A stretch of 60,603 nucleotides of DNA, filler included, from Sphacelaria rigidula (Eukaryota), in the NCBI GenBank assembly GCA_964200075.2. It is 10 parts of 10 records of this genome, joined end to end, with 100 filler letters (N's around TTAATTAATTAA, not from the genome) between each part and the next. Parts side by side here need not be neighbours in the genome. Positions count along the whole stretch, not along the records: positions 48,565 to 54,534 come from CAXNAA020023116.1; positions 54,635 to 60,603 come from CAXNAA020023117.1; 8 more parts are not named here. One strand, 5' to 3'. The position numbers and the translations under genes were made by a program. Positions within the stretch are counted from its first letter, which is position 1, and each line of letters starts with the position of its first letter. Below the pieces are notes generated by a model. It searched no databases and had not been told where the DNA came from. It worked only from the letters and a program-made list of their open reading frames with translations. Positions 49,990-60,603 of the stretch are shown here, in pieces.

Positions 49990-50945
49990 AACCCTCCCCT
50001 GCTGATCGTGGGTCGAAGAAGCTTGGCAACATTACACGAGTCGTAGATTCTTGCACGACTCCCCTCGTACCGTTTGGAGCAGCCGCATACCCTTCGCTAG
50101 GTGACGGTGTATATTGCCCATACTTGGAGATTAACTCTGGACGTATCGCAAAACCAAGCGCTGGAATACCACCCCCTACATGAAAACAGGAGACTAAGTC
50201 AGGGCGTCCACCGCAGGAAGTAGAGATATATCAACCAAGAAATTGCCGTCCGTTTTCTTTGTTGCATCTAGACCGTCGCGGAAAGAAACGGAAAACACCC
50301 CCTCAGATGAATCCATCTCATTGTTGACTCCGAAGTCACGGAATGGTGGTCAAAACATTGAAGCAGATATGCTCTGCCGTGTGCTGCTTCCCTCATTTTT
50401 TTCGATTTTTGTGCACCTGCTTGTGCCAGCCGCCTTCAGTGTGCCCAGAGAGCTCCATCGGGAAACTTGTTTACGCGCTGCGAGACATGAGCCGGAAATA
50501 CGGAGATACGGTGAGAAATATGCTGCATGTCCACATCGCCCACTGTCCAGCCGGGTTGTACAACAGTACAAGACCTAGCACACTTGTTCCCCCCTTGGGG
50601 GTATTATTTCCGCTTGCTCGGCTGGTTTTGTCGCGGTCCTCCCCCAGGGGCGTAGCGGCTCGATAGTAATTCCTCTGATTCCATACCCTCTGAGATAGAC
50701 CTGAGGTGAGCACCGCTGAAACATGTGGGCAGTTGCCGGTTTCGGTGAGCACGTTGCATAATTCGAGGGTTATGGGATACTTTGTTGTCATTGGGGTGGG
50801 GGCTCTCCGGTAGAGAGGAGCTGCTCAGCTAGCCTTAGCGTGGTGATTACTGCCGTTGAAGGTCAGTCGGTGATATTGGTCCGAAAGCAAGCCTGGCGCG
50901 CAGGGGAATGGAGAAGCGTTGGACCAAGTAAGCTCTCCTTTGGGC
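49990..50945 (-). pseudogene. Old Gypsy relic: integrase C-terminal region and polypurine tract
   Basis: Ordered remnants KESLLGP, LTSGLSQRV, GWTVGDVDMQH parallel KLSLKWTGP, LPLGLSQYV, TWEREVDLRH of 35800-36240; aggggaggg (49992-50000, minus) followed by tatg is PPT-like, with a possible LTR below 49988. Confidence 0.4.
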
Positions 50946-51583
50946 TCGATACTATTTTCTCCCCACCTCCTACATGTCATTCCCAAACAAAATATACGTG
51001 CTCCACAATGTTGATGCCAGTCTCCTGCAGTGTTGCGAGCTAAGTTGTGAATTTATCGTTGTTTTTGGCAGGTCTCACTCCAACTGCTCCATTTTTCGGG
51101 TGGTTACGCATGTTCTCGTGTCTACGGCCGGTAGTATGTTCTTGTGTGTGGTGCGTTCGCAAACATGAATTTATTTATCTATGAAACATTGGCGTCGTGC
51201 ATTGGAGGCGATAAGGGAGACTATCCCTTGTAGAACTATCAAACGTTCCATTTCCCCGGGACGACGATGAATCCATGGTCTCAAAAGATCAGCCCACCCT
51301 TGACCTTGGTACCTACCTGCCTCATGCATTGTTTTTGAGGATCGGAGGAGCACTCTCTCACCCCGTGGACCCTCGTTGAGTTCGTTGCTGCAACTTGCGC
51401 CGTCGCGTTTTTCACCACGGAACCCAAATTGTACTCTAAAACATCGTATGTGTCGAGGATTTGAACTCGCAGCGTTCCGCCTTAACTGGCTATTGGCGGA
51501 ACTATTTTGTGAGTTTATCGGGACGCGATATTAACTTGGAGTACGTTTATGAGAGTGCTACCTTTATGGGAGGATGTGGGGTG

Positions 51584-51680
51584 TACTGATCTTATTGCAT
51601 GGCGTAGTCATAAGACCAGTGACTTCGCACCCCTTTAAAGCCGGGACGGAGCACGCCGGGTGTTCACTGGACCAGGCTCG
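51584..51680 (-). mobile_element. Short head+tail SINE copy
   Basis: Reverse complement cgagcctggtccagtgaacacccggcgtgctccgtcccggctttaaaggggtgcgaagtcactggtcttatgactacgccatgca...agta then cacccc. Confidence 0.88.
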
Positions 51681-51921
51681 CAATCGATCACCATGCGCAA
51701 AGCGTGGTCACGTTTTCGGCGAGTCTCGTGAAGGATGAGCTGCATCCCAGTAAGATTGGTCGGCCCGAAGCGAACTGGCTATCTTGCATATTGATGGCAG
51801 CCTCGAATAAGTTGCTTCATTTTCTGTTATCGCCACTTTCAGAGACAGCCACGGGTTACACTGCCTCATGGTTGTTTCACCATCCAAACACTACGTAGTA
51901 CGATCACCCCCTTCGCGCAGA

Positions 51922-51962
51922 TGGTCAATGGTCAAACGACTAAGGCAAGCAACAAATGAGTA
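51922..51962 (+). mobile_element. 41-nt type A LINE tail with imperfect ~15-bp target duplication
   Basis: cccccttcgcgcaga (51907-51921) versus ccccctttgcgcgga (51974-51988). Confidence 0.8.
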
Positions 51963-52108
51963 CGGCCCCCCCCCCCCCTTTGCGCGGAATTGAGGTTCTG
52001 CCACCCCGCACAATATTATCTGGCTCGACCTCCATCGGTTTCACCGCAAAAAATGCATACAAGAAAAAAAATAGTGAGCTGGTTTTCCTAGCTTACGCGG
52101 TGAGTAGC

Positions 52109-52139
<31 letters not shown>

Positions 52140-52259
52140 TGTGTAATGCGCGTGTATGTGTGTGTGTGACATGTTTCACGGTTCGCACAAATCAGAGTTC
52201 ATACGGGTTGAGTCCCCATGAATGCTGAGTATAAATCATGTAGCAAAGAATCATCCTGA

Positions 52260-53177
52260 ATGAATCACGGATGGTAAAGTTGTACGCTCAAGGTCGTACC
52301 GTACGAATAACGAAGTGGGAATTTGCACACTCCAAGTATTGTCAAACGAATGAAAAGTGCATAATGTGTACGAATCACATTTCTTGTACGAATCACCGGT
52401 GGTAAACATGTACTCCTGATTAATCGCGTACGAATCACAGGTTGAAGAACACCTACATGTGATCCGTTCGTATGAATGGAAGGTGGGGAACATGTGCGTA
52501 TAATCTATGTGGTATGAATGGAAATTGAGAAACATATACTCCTCATCCACCTCGTATTAATGGAAGGCGAAGGACATGTACGCCTGCTTCATGCTAAATG
52601 AATCGGCATCGGGAAACTTGTGCTCTTGATTCAACTCGTCGATGGAAGGCGGGGAACATGTGCGTATGATCTATGTGGTATGAATGGAAATGAGAAACAT
52701 ATACTCCTCATCCACCTCGTATTAATGGAAGGCGAAGAACATGTACGTCTGCGTCATGCTAAATGAATCGACATCGGGAAACTTGTGCTCTTGATTCAAC
52801 TCGTCGGTGGAAGGCGGGGAACATGTGCGTATGATCTATGTGGTATGAATGGAATTGAGAAACATATACTCCTGATCCACCTCGTATGAATGGAAGGCGA
52901 AGAACATGTACGTATGCTTCATGCTGCATGAATGGAAGGTGAGAAATACGTATCCATGTTTCATTCCATACGAATGGAAGGTAGGGAACATGCACGCTCG
53001 ACGGTATACAGCACGGATCACGAAATGGAAATCTTCATTCACACTTCAAGTAGTGTCGCACGAATTAAGAGCCCAAAATACGAACAAATTACCACGTATG
53101 TGCAAATCATATGATAGATTCGTGCACATGTTAAATATAGGACGAATCACGATAAACTTCGTCCGTTCCGTGATTCG
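52260..53177. mobile_element. Element with degenerate inverted ends enclosing a 42-bp minisatellite (165-166-bp higher-order unit x~3)
   Basis: Subunits start at 52471, 52513, 52555, 52597, 52639, 52679; higher-order starts at 52513, 52679, 52844; gaatcacgga at 52262 is inverted against tccgtgattc near 53170. Confidence 0.8.
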
Positions 53178-53409
53178 TTACCGCATGCCAGGGCGCACTT
53201 GGGTGTGGTGTAGCACTCCCACCAAGTTCTGTACTTGCATTCCGCGGGATGAAGCTTCGTCAAACTTCCGACATTTCACTGAATATACGCAGGAATACTA
53301 TTCTCATAACTCTTTAGTGGCTCAAGAAACGTCTCGACGTGGGCACTTTCGGGCAATGACTTAGTCGAAACATGCCTCCCCCACTTCACACGCCCCCCCC
53401 ACTCCCTTT

Positions 53410-53459
53410 CCGCGAGGTCAATGGTCTTATGACTATGGCATGCATGATCATGGATACAG
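53410..53459 (+). mobile_element. 50-nt type B LINE tail with 11-bp target duplication
   Basis: ccactcccttt at 53399-53409 and 53460-53470 flank gcgaggtcaatggtcttatgactatggcatgcatgatcatg. Confidence 0.85.
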
Positions 53460-53472
53460 CCACTCCCTTTTG

Positions 53473-53962
53473 AAGGTTGGCGTCGGTTGGCAACGACGCC
53501 GTAGAACATGCCACTCACTGGGGGAACTAGGCCACCAGATTATCGTGTTGTTTTTCGGTTGCGTTTTATTTTTCGGTAACCATGATGGTGGCCGAGTTAG
53601 ATCATATTATGCGGGGTTGCAGAACCTCAACTCCGCGCGAAGGGGAATATTATACTACGTAGTGTTTAATGGTGAGACACCCATGAGGTAGTGTGTAACC
53701 CGCGGCTGTCTCTGAAAGTAGCGACATACCAGCGAATGGAGCAACTCATTCGAGGCTGCCATCTATATGCAAGATAATCAGTACCCTTCGAACCGAACAA
53801 TCTTAGCAGGATGCAGCCCACCCTCCATGCGACTCGCCGAGCACATCACGGCGCTTCGCGCTTGATGGTCGCGAGGCTGGTCTGGCAAAAACCCGGTGTG
53901 CTCCGTCCCGGGTTGGTCGGGATGCGAGGTCAATGATCCTATGACTACGGCATGCAAGAGTA
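53473..53962 (+). mobile_element. Body of the long structured module followed directly by a short head+tail SINE (53873-53962)
   Basis: Colinear with 42128-42394 and 24063-24184; ends gctggtctggcaaaaacccggtgtgctccgtccc...gggatgcgaggtcaatgatcctatgactacggcatgcaagagta then ccccc. Confidence 0.85.
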
Positions 53963-54420
53963 CCCCCAGACGTGAGGCGACTCCGATGTTCTCTAAAACA
54001 TAGTCGAAGCCGGGTTGAACGGTGGAATCAGCCCACTCAAAGCACGTATATTTGGCGTGGAACGCTAACTAGAGGCCGCGACATCAAAGTCCTGATGAGT
54101 AAAGTACTAAAATGCTAACATGCGCTCGTTTATCTGCCCGAATTTGAGCGTTAGTCGGTTTCCTGTGACCGACTATACCGCGACCTTTCATTATACCGGG
54201 ACCGCCACGGAAGTGCTCTTTTTTGCTCATCCTGTCGATCCAATCATCCCTCCTCCCCCCTCGAGTCGGTCCGTATTCTCGAAGGATCAAGCCTAACGAC
54301 CATCCCTCCTCTCCTCCGGTACCTTCTTGGAACTGTATCATCGATCATTGGACATCATTCACTCCAGCAGCCCCTTGACTTTCATCGGCTATTTATTCTC
54401 CCTCTTAACTCTCATTTTCA

Positions 54421-54534
54421 GGTCAGTAGTCATATGACTACGGCATGCAAGATCACGAGTACATGAGTACCCCCCCGTTAGCCTGGTCCGGCGAGAACCC
54501 GCGTGCTCCGTCCCGGCTTTGTAGGGGCGGACCC
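54421..54534 (+). mobile_element. Type B tail with duplicated terminal unit, C-run, then a new head (54481) cut by contig end
   Basis: ...gcatgcaagatcacgagtacatgagta ccccccc gtta gcctggtccggcgagaacc... Confidence 0.85.
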
Positions 54535-54634
54535 NNNNNNNNNNNNNNNNNNNNNNNNNNNNNNNNNNNNNNNNNNNNTTAATTAATTAANNNNNNNNNN
54601 NNNNNNNNNNNNNNNNNNNNNNNNNNNNNNNNNN

Positions 54635-54683
54635 GGATGCGCAGTCAATGGTCTGATGACTATGGCATGCATGATCATGAGTA
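54635..54683 (+). mobile_element. Type B tail at contig start
   Basis: ggatgcgcagtcaatggtctgatgactatggcatgcatgatcatgagta. Confidence 0.85.
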
Positions 54684-55503
54684 CACGCCAGCCCCGCCAG
54701 CCTCTCCCCCCTTCATGTCTCGCCCATAGTTTTGTCGCCGCAAAATGACATTTCGACGGCACAAGGCACTTAAATTCATGTGTATATATTAATTCATTTT
54801 CTTATTCATTAGGTTTGTCCGCATTCCGTCTCTGGACGCAGGTGCAACAATCACAGGGCCTGAGAGCGCAACATTCCTCCGAAGTCCGACGCACCAGCGG
54901 CCAGTATTATTCCGTTTATTCTGTCCCGTGCTTTTTTTTAGGGATTTGCCCTATACCCACATTTTCCCGTTTCCCTTCGCGGAATTTGCCCGTTTCTCCG
55001 CGGAATCTACTCTGGGACCCGTGACTTCCCTAGCAACCATAACCTGACGTTTCTCTACCCGGAATTACCGCGACCTGTTTCCGTGGAACTTTGCACTCCT
55101 CTCTTCTCCTGGGGATTTCACGCGCGGAACCTCCAACATCAGTGACGGCCCGAGCCGTTTGACTTTTCCCTCATAAAAAGTTCCCGCACCGTATTTCCCC
55201 GGCACGAGTGACGTACTCTCCACCCGTCAATGCAACGGAACCTGCATGTCTCTCTGGTACCAGTGGCGTTCTCAGCCGTTTGACCCCCCCTTTCGTGCCA
55301 GTGCCTACCACAGTTTTTTTTCACTTGAAAGAGACCTGAAAATGATTCCTATTCAACAAGAGGCGGTCACAGGGTTCAATTCCGTCGTCAGCTAGTCTCT
55401 CCATGATAAATCCAAATCTTTGATAGACTGACCCAACTACACTCTAACCCTAACCGCAACCGTAACCCACCGATGAAGGCAGGTGGTAAACAGTCAGGCA
55501 CCG

Positions 55504-55833
55504 GACACTTTCTGCGATAGCTCCTCCCCCCCACCCCCCCCCCCAAACCAGCCTATAAGACGTTCAGGGAGAAAAAGGTCATACAGCGGCTGATGTTTGA
55601 TTTCAGGCTCCATGAGGCGCTTTAAATGCGCGACATTGGCGAAAACGAACCCAAGCGTGGGACTTCCTAGCCGCTCGTTATGCTCGGCTCACGTACTTTT
55701 CAAGTGAAAATGATGTCGATGCCACAAATGAGCTGCTCGCTGTGCTCGGCTTCTTTCATTCGATTCACGTGTGTGTGGATTTTGCCCCTCCAAACCAGCC
55801 ACGTTTGGAGGGGGACTATCGCAGAAAGTGTCA
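55504..55833. mobile_element. MITE family C, complete copy (extra partial copy ~55955-56090)
   Basis: 17-bp perfect inverted ends gacactttctgcgatag / ctatcgcagaaagtgtc. Confidence 0.85.
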
Positions 55834-56419
55834 CCGAGACAATTATTCTGTGGCTCTCGTAGTCACAGGGTGCTTTGTCCTACTGCGCCAATCCCAACCC
55901 TTCAACCGCCGGAGGTGTTTTATTTGTGGAGTCGGCCTGATTCTCACCCATTTTCAAAATGAAAATGATGTCGATTCCACAAATCAGCTGCTGGTTATGC
56001 TCGGCGTATTTCATTTCGATTTACATGTAGATTTTGCCTCTCCAAACCAGTCACTGTTTGGGAGGGGGGGCTATCGCAGCAAATGTCACTCAGGGAAACC
56101 CATCACTAGAAGAATTCGTGGAATCGGCATCGTTTTCAGGCCCTTTTCAAGCAATAACGATGTCAATTCTACAAATGAAAACTTCGGGCGCCAGAGGGTT
56201 TACCAGAAGCTGGTGGTCTGGCGGAGCATGTGTCGTTGAGCACGATAACACAGAGTTCTTCAGCGCATCATGCAACCCCTACGCTCTGAACCGTGGTGTC
56301 TTCCGTGATCTTGGTTTTGCGTATGGCCGATAAAAATTACGTTGTCTTCTGCGAGGTAAAGTGATGCCGGTTTGCACCAATCCCTCGCCGCGAGAGTATC
56401 CTATCTCCATCATGCATCA

Positions 56420-56580
56420 TTCTTTCAAGTGAAATTGATACCGATTTAACAGATGACCTACCCTCGCCGTCTAGTGATGACAACCGTTAGACCGCCAGGG
56501 GTAGTCCATCTGGATCATTCATATTTTTCTCAAGTGAAATCGATGCCAATTGAACAGATGACCTACTCTCGCCTTCGAAG
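56420..56580 (+). repeat. Dispersed repeat family F (also ~37372-37450, 56755-56810 inverted, 59150-59210, 60265-60345)
   Basis: Shared gaccgccaggggtagtccatctg and caagtgaaa(t)gatgccgatt(t)aacagatgacc motifs. Confidence 0.65.
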
Positions 56581-56634
56581 GTTTAATGTTGGCGTGGATT
56601 CCGACCAGCTCTTTCCCCCCTTACTCTGAACACG

Positions 56635-56696
56635 CTCCGTCTCGAAAGGGATGCGTGGTCAATGGTCAAATGACTAAGGCAAGCAACAAATGAGTA
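56635..56696 (+). mobile_element. Type A LINE tail with perfect 13-bp target duplication
   Basis: tactctgaacacg at 56622-56634 and 56695-56707; C-run immediately upstream. Confidence 0.92.
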
Positions 56697-56993
56697 CTCT
56701 GAACACGAAACAACCCAGTAGGGGTAGTGATTAATCCTTAGACAGCAAGAAGAGTAGGTCATCTGTTAAATCGGCATCGACTTCAACTGGGAGGAGAATA
56801 CATGATCCATGGCCAATACTCTTCCGTGGGAAACTTCCGAAACACTTATGGCTAACTTGGTGAGCTTTTCGGGTCTTATTATGCGAGTAGTCCCCCCCCC
56901 CCCCCCCCCGCCGCCGCCCCGAGGCCATCCTCGGATGTCCCTGCACTGTCAGCTTGTAAAAATGTTGTGAAGCGACGCTCGCTGTCGCAGAGT

Positions 56994-57820
56994 TAAGACC
57001 ATCTTTTATGGCAGTCACCGATCTCGATTTTTACGCAGATCGGGGGAAAATACTCGGGGAACGCATTTTATGGACCCCGATTTGGGAAAAAATCATGGTG
57101 CCACGATTTCAGAACATTTCCGCCCCACTCTTATTGGGGGAAATCTGAGGTCCCCCCGATTTCACAGAGGTGAAGTACGTGCATTGACGTACAATGGTGG
57201 AGGACAAGGCGTTTGATATTTTCCAACCGCAGCAGAAGACAGTCTCGTGACAACGCAGTGTGTGCCCGCCCGCGCCAGCATGAGCAGCAGCTTCGCACGG
57301 GGTTTGAGACGAGTGTATATATAGGTGTTGACGCCGTACCATGTGGCGACGGTGATATATTATGCTGCACTGCGCTGCCACATGTATCACTATACCGAAC
57401 GGTGCTGTACTCTCCAAGTCTGTCGTCGCTGTAGTTGCAGGGTGGTGTATCGCACTGGACTACTGAACTCTTCTCGCGCACTGATTGCTCACTGTTCTCG
57501 CAATACCGGCTGTGTCATCATCATGTACTACCACACGGCATTATCATGCACTGTGGTTATGGAGTGTCCTGCACTCTATCACCCGAGGGTACCATGGTAC
57601 GACACTGTACTTGAAGGATTATTGACCGCCTGCCTGCTCTTCGGCTTCATGCACGAGCACGCAATACCACACTCGTGCAAAAATGTCCGTCTGTGTACAG
57701 GACTATTTCACGAATCCGTGATACCGCCCGTACCATAAAGCGGTCCTCCCGGTTTTGAGTTCGCGAATTTGAGTCCCTGTCTGAAAAAATTGGGATTCGT
57801 TGCCATAAAAGATGGTCTTA
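56994..57820. mobile_element. ~825-bp non-autonomous TIR element, probable TA target duplication
   Basis: Perfect 20-bp inverted repeat taagaccatcttttatggca (56994-57013) / tgccataaaagatggtctta (57801-57820). Confidence 0.85.
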
Positions 57821-58328
57821 TATACATCGTCTCATCGACGGGCCACAGTGATTCCTACATTTGTTCTTCATATTGTCGATGCTGTCATATTACTTCATAG
57901 GTAGTTCTGAACTCTTCAGGAGCAGTGTCTTCTGTGTCGCCAAGATTCTTTATTTTCCGTCGAGTTTTGTCTATGTTTGAAGGTTAAAATGGGTTCCTTT
58001 TGGGCACATATCTCAGACGGAGTACGGGCGGAGATTGGCGGTCATTTGGTTTTGTACGATCAGTGTCTTCTGCCTCTCGTTTCGATTCCTCATTTTTGTT
58101 GGGGGTTGGTTGTTTTTTTTAGCGTTAAATACGTTCATTTCGCGTAGATTTCTCGGACGAAGAATGGGTGTAGCTTTACGGTTATCTTTTTCTTTGCGCA
58201 GGACTGATGGTGCAGTGGAGGCGTAAGGGTGGCGGCGGCGCGCTGCCCCGTTTCGACTATTTTTCGGTGGGGTTTTATAATCGTTGACGATGTTTGAAAG
58301 TGCAAATAGGCAAAAAAAAGAGAATGTG

Positions 58329-58416
58329 TTATCTCTGAATAATCTCCGCGTGTCACAAGAGTTATCTCTGAATAATTTCTTCGTGTCACGAGATTCATCT
58401 CTGAATCATATCTTCG
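58329..58416. repeat. 33-bp tandem repeat x~2.7
   Basis: atctctgaat...cgtgtcac recurs every 33 bp. Confidence 0.8.
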
Positions 58417-58601
58417 CCTCTCAGCATTTCTCCATGTGGACAACGGCCGATGCCGGTAGCAACACTTCTCATTACCATCTGCCTTGGGAAACGCTGCATT
58501 GAGCGGTGGCGCGAAGCGCCAAAAACCTTGCATCAATTACTTTATTTATCTTTTTCGCCGTTGAAGAGCTTTGGATGCAGGTGCACTTTTTTCATTTTTT
58601 T

Positions 58602-58820
58602 CACTTGATTTTAGAGTACGGCTAAACGGAGTCATTCCGTCGTTTCCAGGAGCTCTGAAAGGCCAGCATTTGCTCACACTTGATTTCAGAGTACGGCGAA
58701 ACGGTATCATTCGGTCGTTCTCAGACGCTCAGAGAGGCGAGCAGTTGCTCGTACTTGATTTTAGAGTACAGCGAAACCGGTTCATTTCGTTCTCTCAAAC
58801 TCTGAGAAAGCAGCATTGCA
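58602..58820. repeat. 75-bp tandem repeat x3 (further partial copy ~58950-59010)
   Basis: acttgattttagagtac...aaac...tcatt...ctc(t/a)ga at 58602, 58677, 58752. Confidence 0.8.
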
Positions 58821-60603
58821 TGATTCCCCTTCAGGACGTCTCGGGAGCATCGCTTCCACGGCAGTGCTCTGCATGGTGTTTTCCGCCTTCTTTCCTCGCC
58901 ATGGCGGTAGACCCTCCGTGCGTCCATGTCACACTGCACACAGGACTGTCAAAATCGTTCCCAGGGGCTCTGAGACAGGTGCACTTTTTCACTTGCTTTT
59001 AGAGAAACGGGGTCGCTTTATGACCCTTTGACCGTCGGAGATGCTACCTCTTGCCGTATACAGGTCACTTGAAAATTGAATCAGAATCATGCTCAGTAGA
59101 GATATCTCAAACTCGGCTCCCCGTATCCTGGTTTGTTTTGTTCTATTTTTTCAGGTGAAAGTGATGCCGATTCATCAGATGATGTGACCCTTTGACCGCC
59201 AGGGCACGTCCTCCTATGAATCGCGAGCACTTTCACTTGAAAAAATAGTACAAAACTCAGAGCCAGCGAATAAACCAGGACACCGGGAGCCGAGTTTGAG
59301 ATATACGTTTAGTTGGATAGGTTGTGCGGAACGACTCTCCGTCCAATCTCGGCGCACACGGAAAGCATGTAGTAATCTTGCCCGCATGTCGAATCGTCTC
59401 GACTGTACTTCCCTTCTCCTGTCTCTGGACTGCTGTTGTTGTTGCTGCTGCTGCTTCTGCTCTACCATACATGCGTTTTTTCGTCATGAGGCGGCTTCTA
59501 TTGTTCATATTTTAGTGGACAGACGGTCGCTCTGGTGGCTCAGTTGGTAACCTCCAAACCTTGTGGCGGTTGGGTCGTCGCTTCGACCCTCAGTGCAGTC
59601 ACACGATCTGGAATTTTATCCCACACCATGTTCAACAGTTGACAGCGACTACAATGTGTTCGTAAGATTGAGAGTAGAGCGCTGGTTGAGAGTGGCTTTG
59701 ACTATTCGCTTCAACGAAGCCAGTTTTTCATTCCGTGAATGCTTTTCTTCGCCTCTAGCACTGACGTGTGCATACAGCTACACGTCGATATCTTGCTCAC
59801 AGTAGACTTCACCACTCGGTAGTTGACAGATAGTTCTCGGAAATTTAAACACCTCCTTGCTCAGGGGTATCAAGGGTCTTAGTAGCAAGCTGTTAACAGT
59901 ACAGAGAGCATCTTGAGCCTCGTGGAGGGTCATTTCGGAACTGAAACGATTCATTGACGAATTGACCGCTTTTCACTCTCAACCGTATCTTCTACTCTCA
60001 GAATTCGGTTTCACGGTCAACGAGCGAAAGGGACCGCTGAACCCCTCTCGCGATGAAAAGTAAGGCGACCACCACGGAATTTCCTGTGTTGACCTCCCTT
60101 CTGTGTTACACGGAATTCCAAAAACATGTGGTTTGCACGCAGGGGCGTTTCCATCAATCGGTACTATTTTAAGTTGGAAACGGTTAAAAAAAGATGTCGA
60201 TTCATACAAAGGCCCCTGCGTGCATATCACATTTTTCTGGGGATCCCGTCGCAAAGGGGTCAATCCTTTGACCGGTAGGGTAGGTCATCTGGACCACGCT
60301 GTACTTTGTGATGTCCAAGTAACTGATGCCGATTTAACAAGAGATAACTCATCATGGCCGTCGAATGGTCAAATTCGTTGCCACTACATGGGTTCTTGGT
60401 TTGCGGGGGCGGTCAGCTCCTCAGGTTCACTTTTAATTGTGATGCCTTGTGTTGAGCCTTCGTACATACTCATAATCCATGTTGCTCTTCGGGCTGAGAA
60501 CGATTTTTTTTTTTTTTTTTAAAATCGAAGCGGCATCATGCTCATGAAACACTCAGTCGACACGACAAATGTTTCCCGCCGCTTTCCATCAACCATGTGA
60601 CGG

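Noticed and set aside
52251..53042. Minus-strand ORFs with 14-aa repeats (MFPTFHSY)
   Set aside because: A by-product of the 42-bp period; the frame is broken by indels and stops between units.
54481..54683. Head ending contig 9 and tail starting contig 10 look like one element spanning the gap
   Set aside because: The gap is the artificial linker between length-sorted contigs; the juxtaposition only reflects assembly breaks in a high-copy repeat.

Overview
The window is not one locus. It holds ten unlinked contigs of 5971, 5971, 5971, 5971, 5970 x5 and 5969 bp, apparently length-sorted and joined by an artificial 100-nt N44-TTAATTAATTAA-N44 linker, so nothing can be inferred across the spacers. 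The DNA is eukaryotic, repeat-rich and has long GT-AG introns; the repeat content and CCCTAA-like tracts suggest a brown alga or related stramenopile (inference). Host genes: four in-phase exons of a type-3 di-copper (tyrosinase-like) protein (18347-23661) and the last two exons of a TM9SF3/TMN1 nonaspanin (43512-45472). Mobile DNA: a decayed DIRS/Ngaro-type tyrosine-recombinase retrotransposon, a gag-less Ty3/Gypsy element plus two older Gypsy relics, a Copia relic, a 5'-truncated LINE, and many MITE/foldback and minisatellite elements. The most interesting signal is a LINE-driven system seen in seven of the ten contigs. It comprises a LINE whose reading frame runs to within 3 nt of its 3' end, two tail subfamilies, a ~97-nt non-tRNA head+tail SINE with a target-site duplication, and a ~450-nt highly structured 5' module, and most insertions sit in C-rich tracts, often in head-to-tail chains. 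A second candidate is a hairpin element repeatedly preceded by telomere-like repeats. All assignments are by eye; no searches were run.
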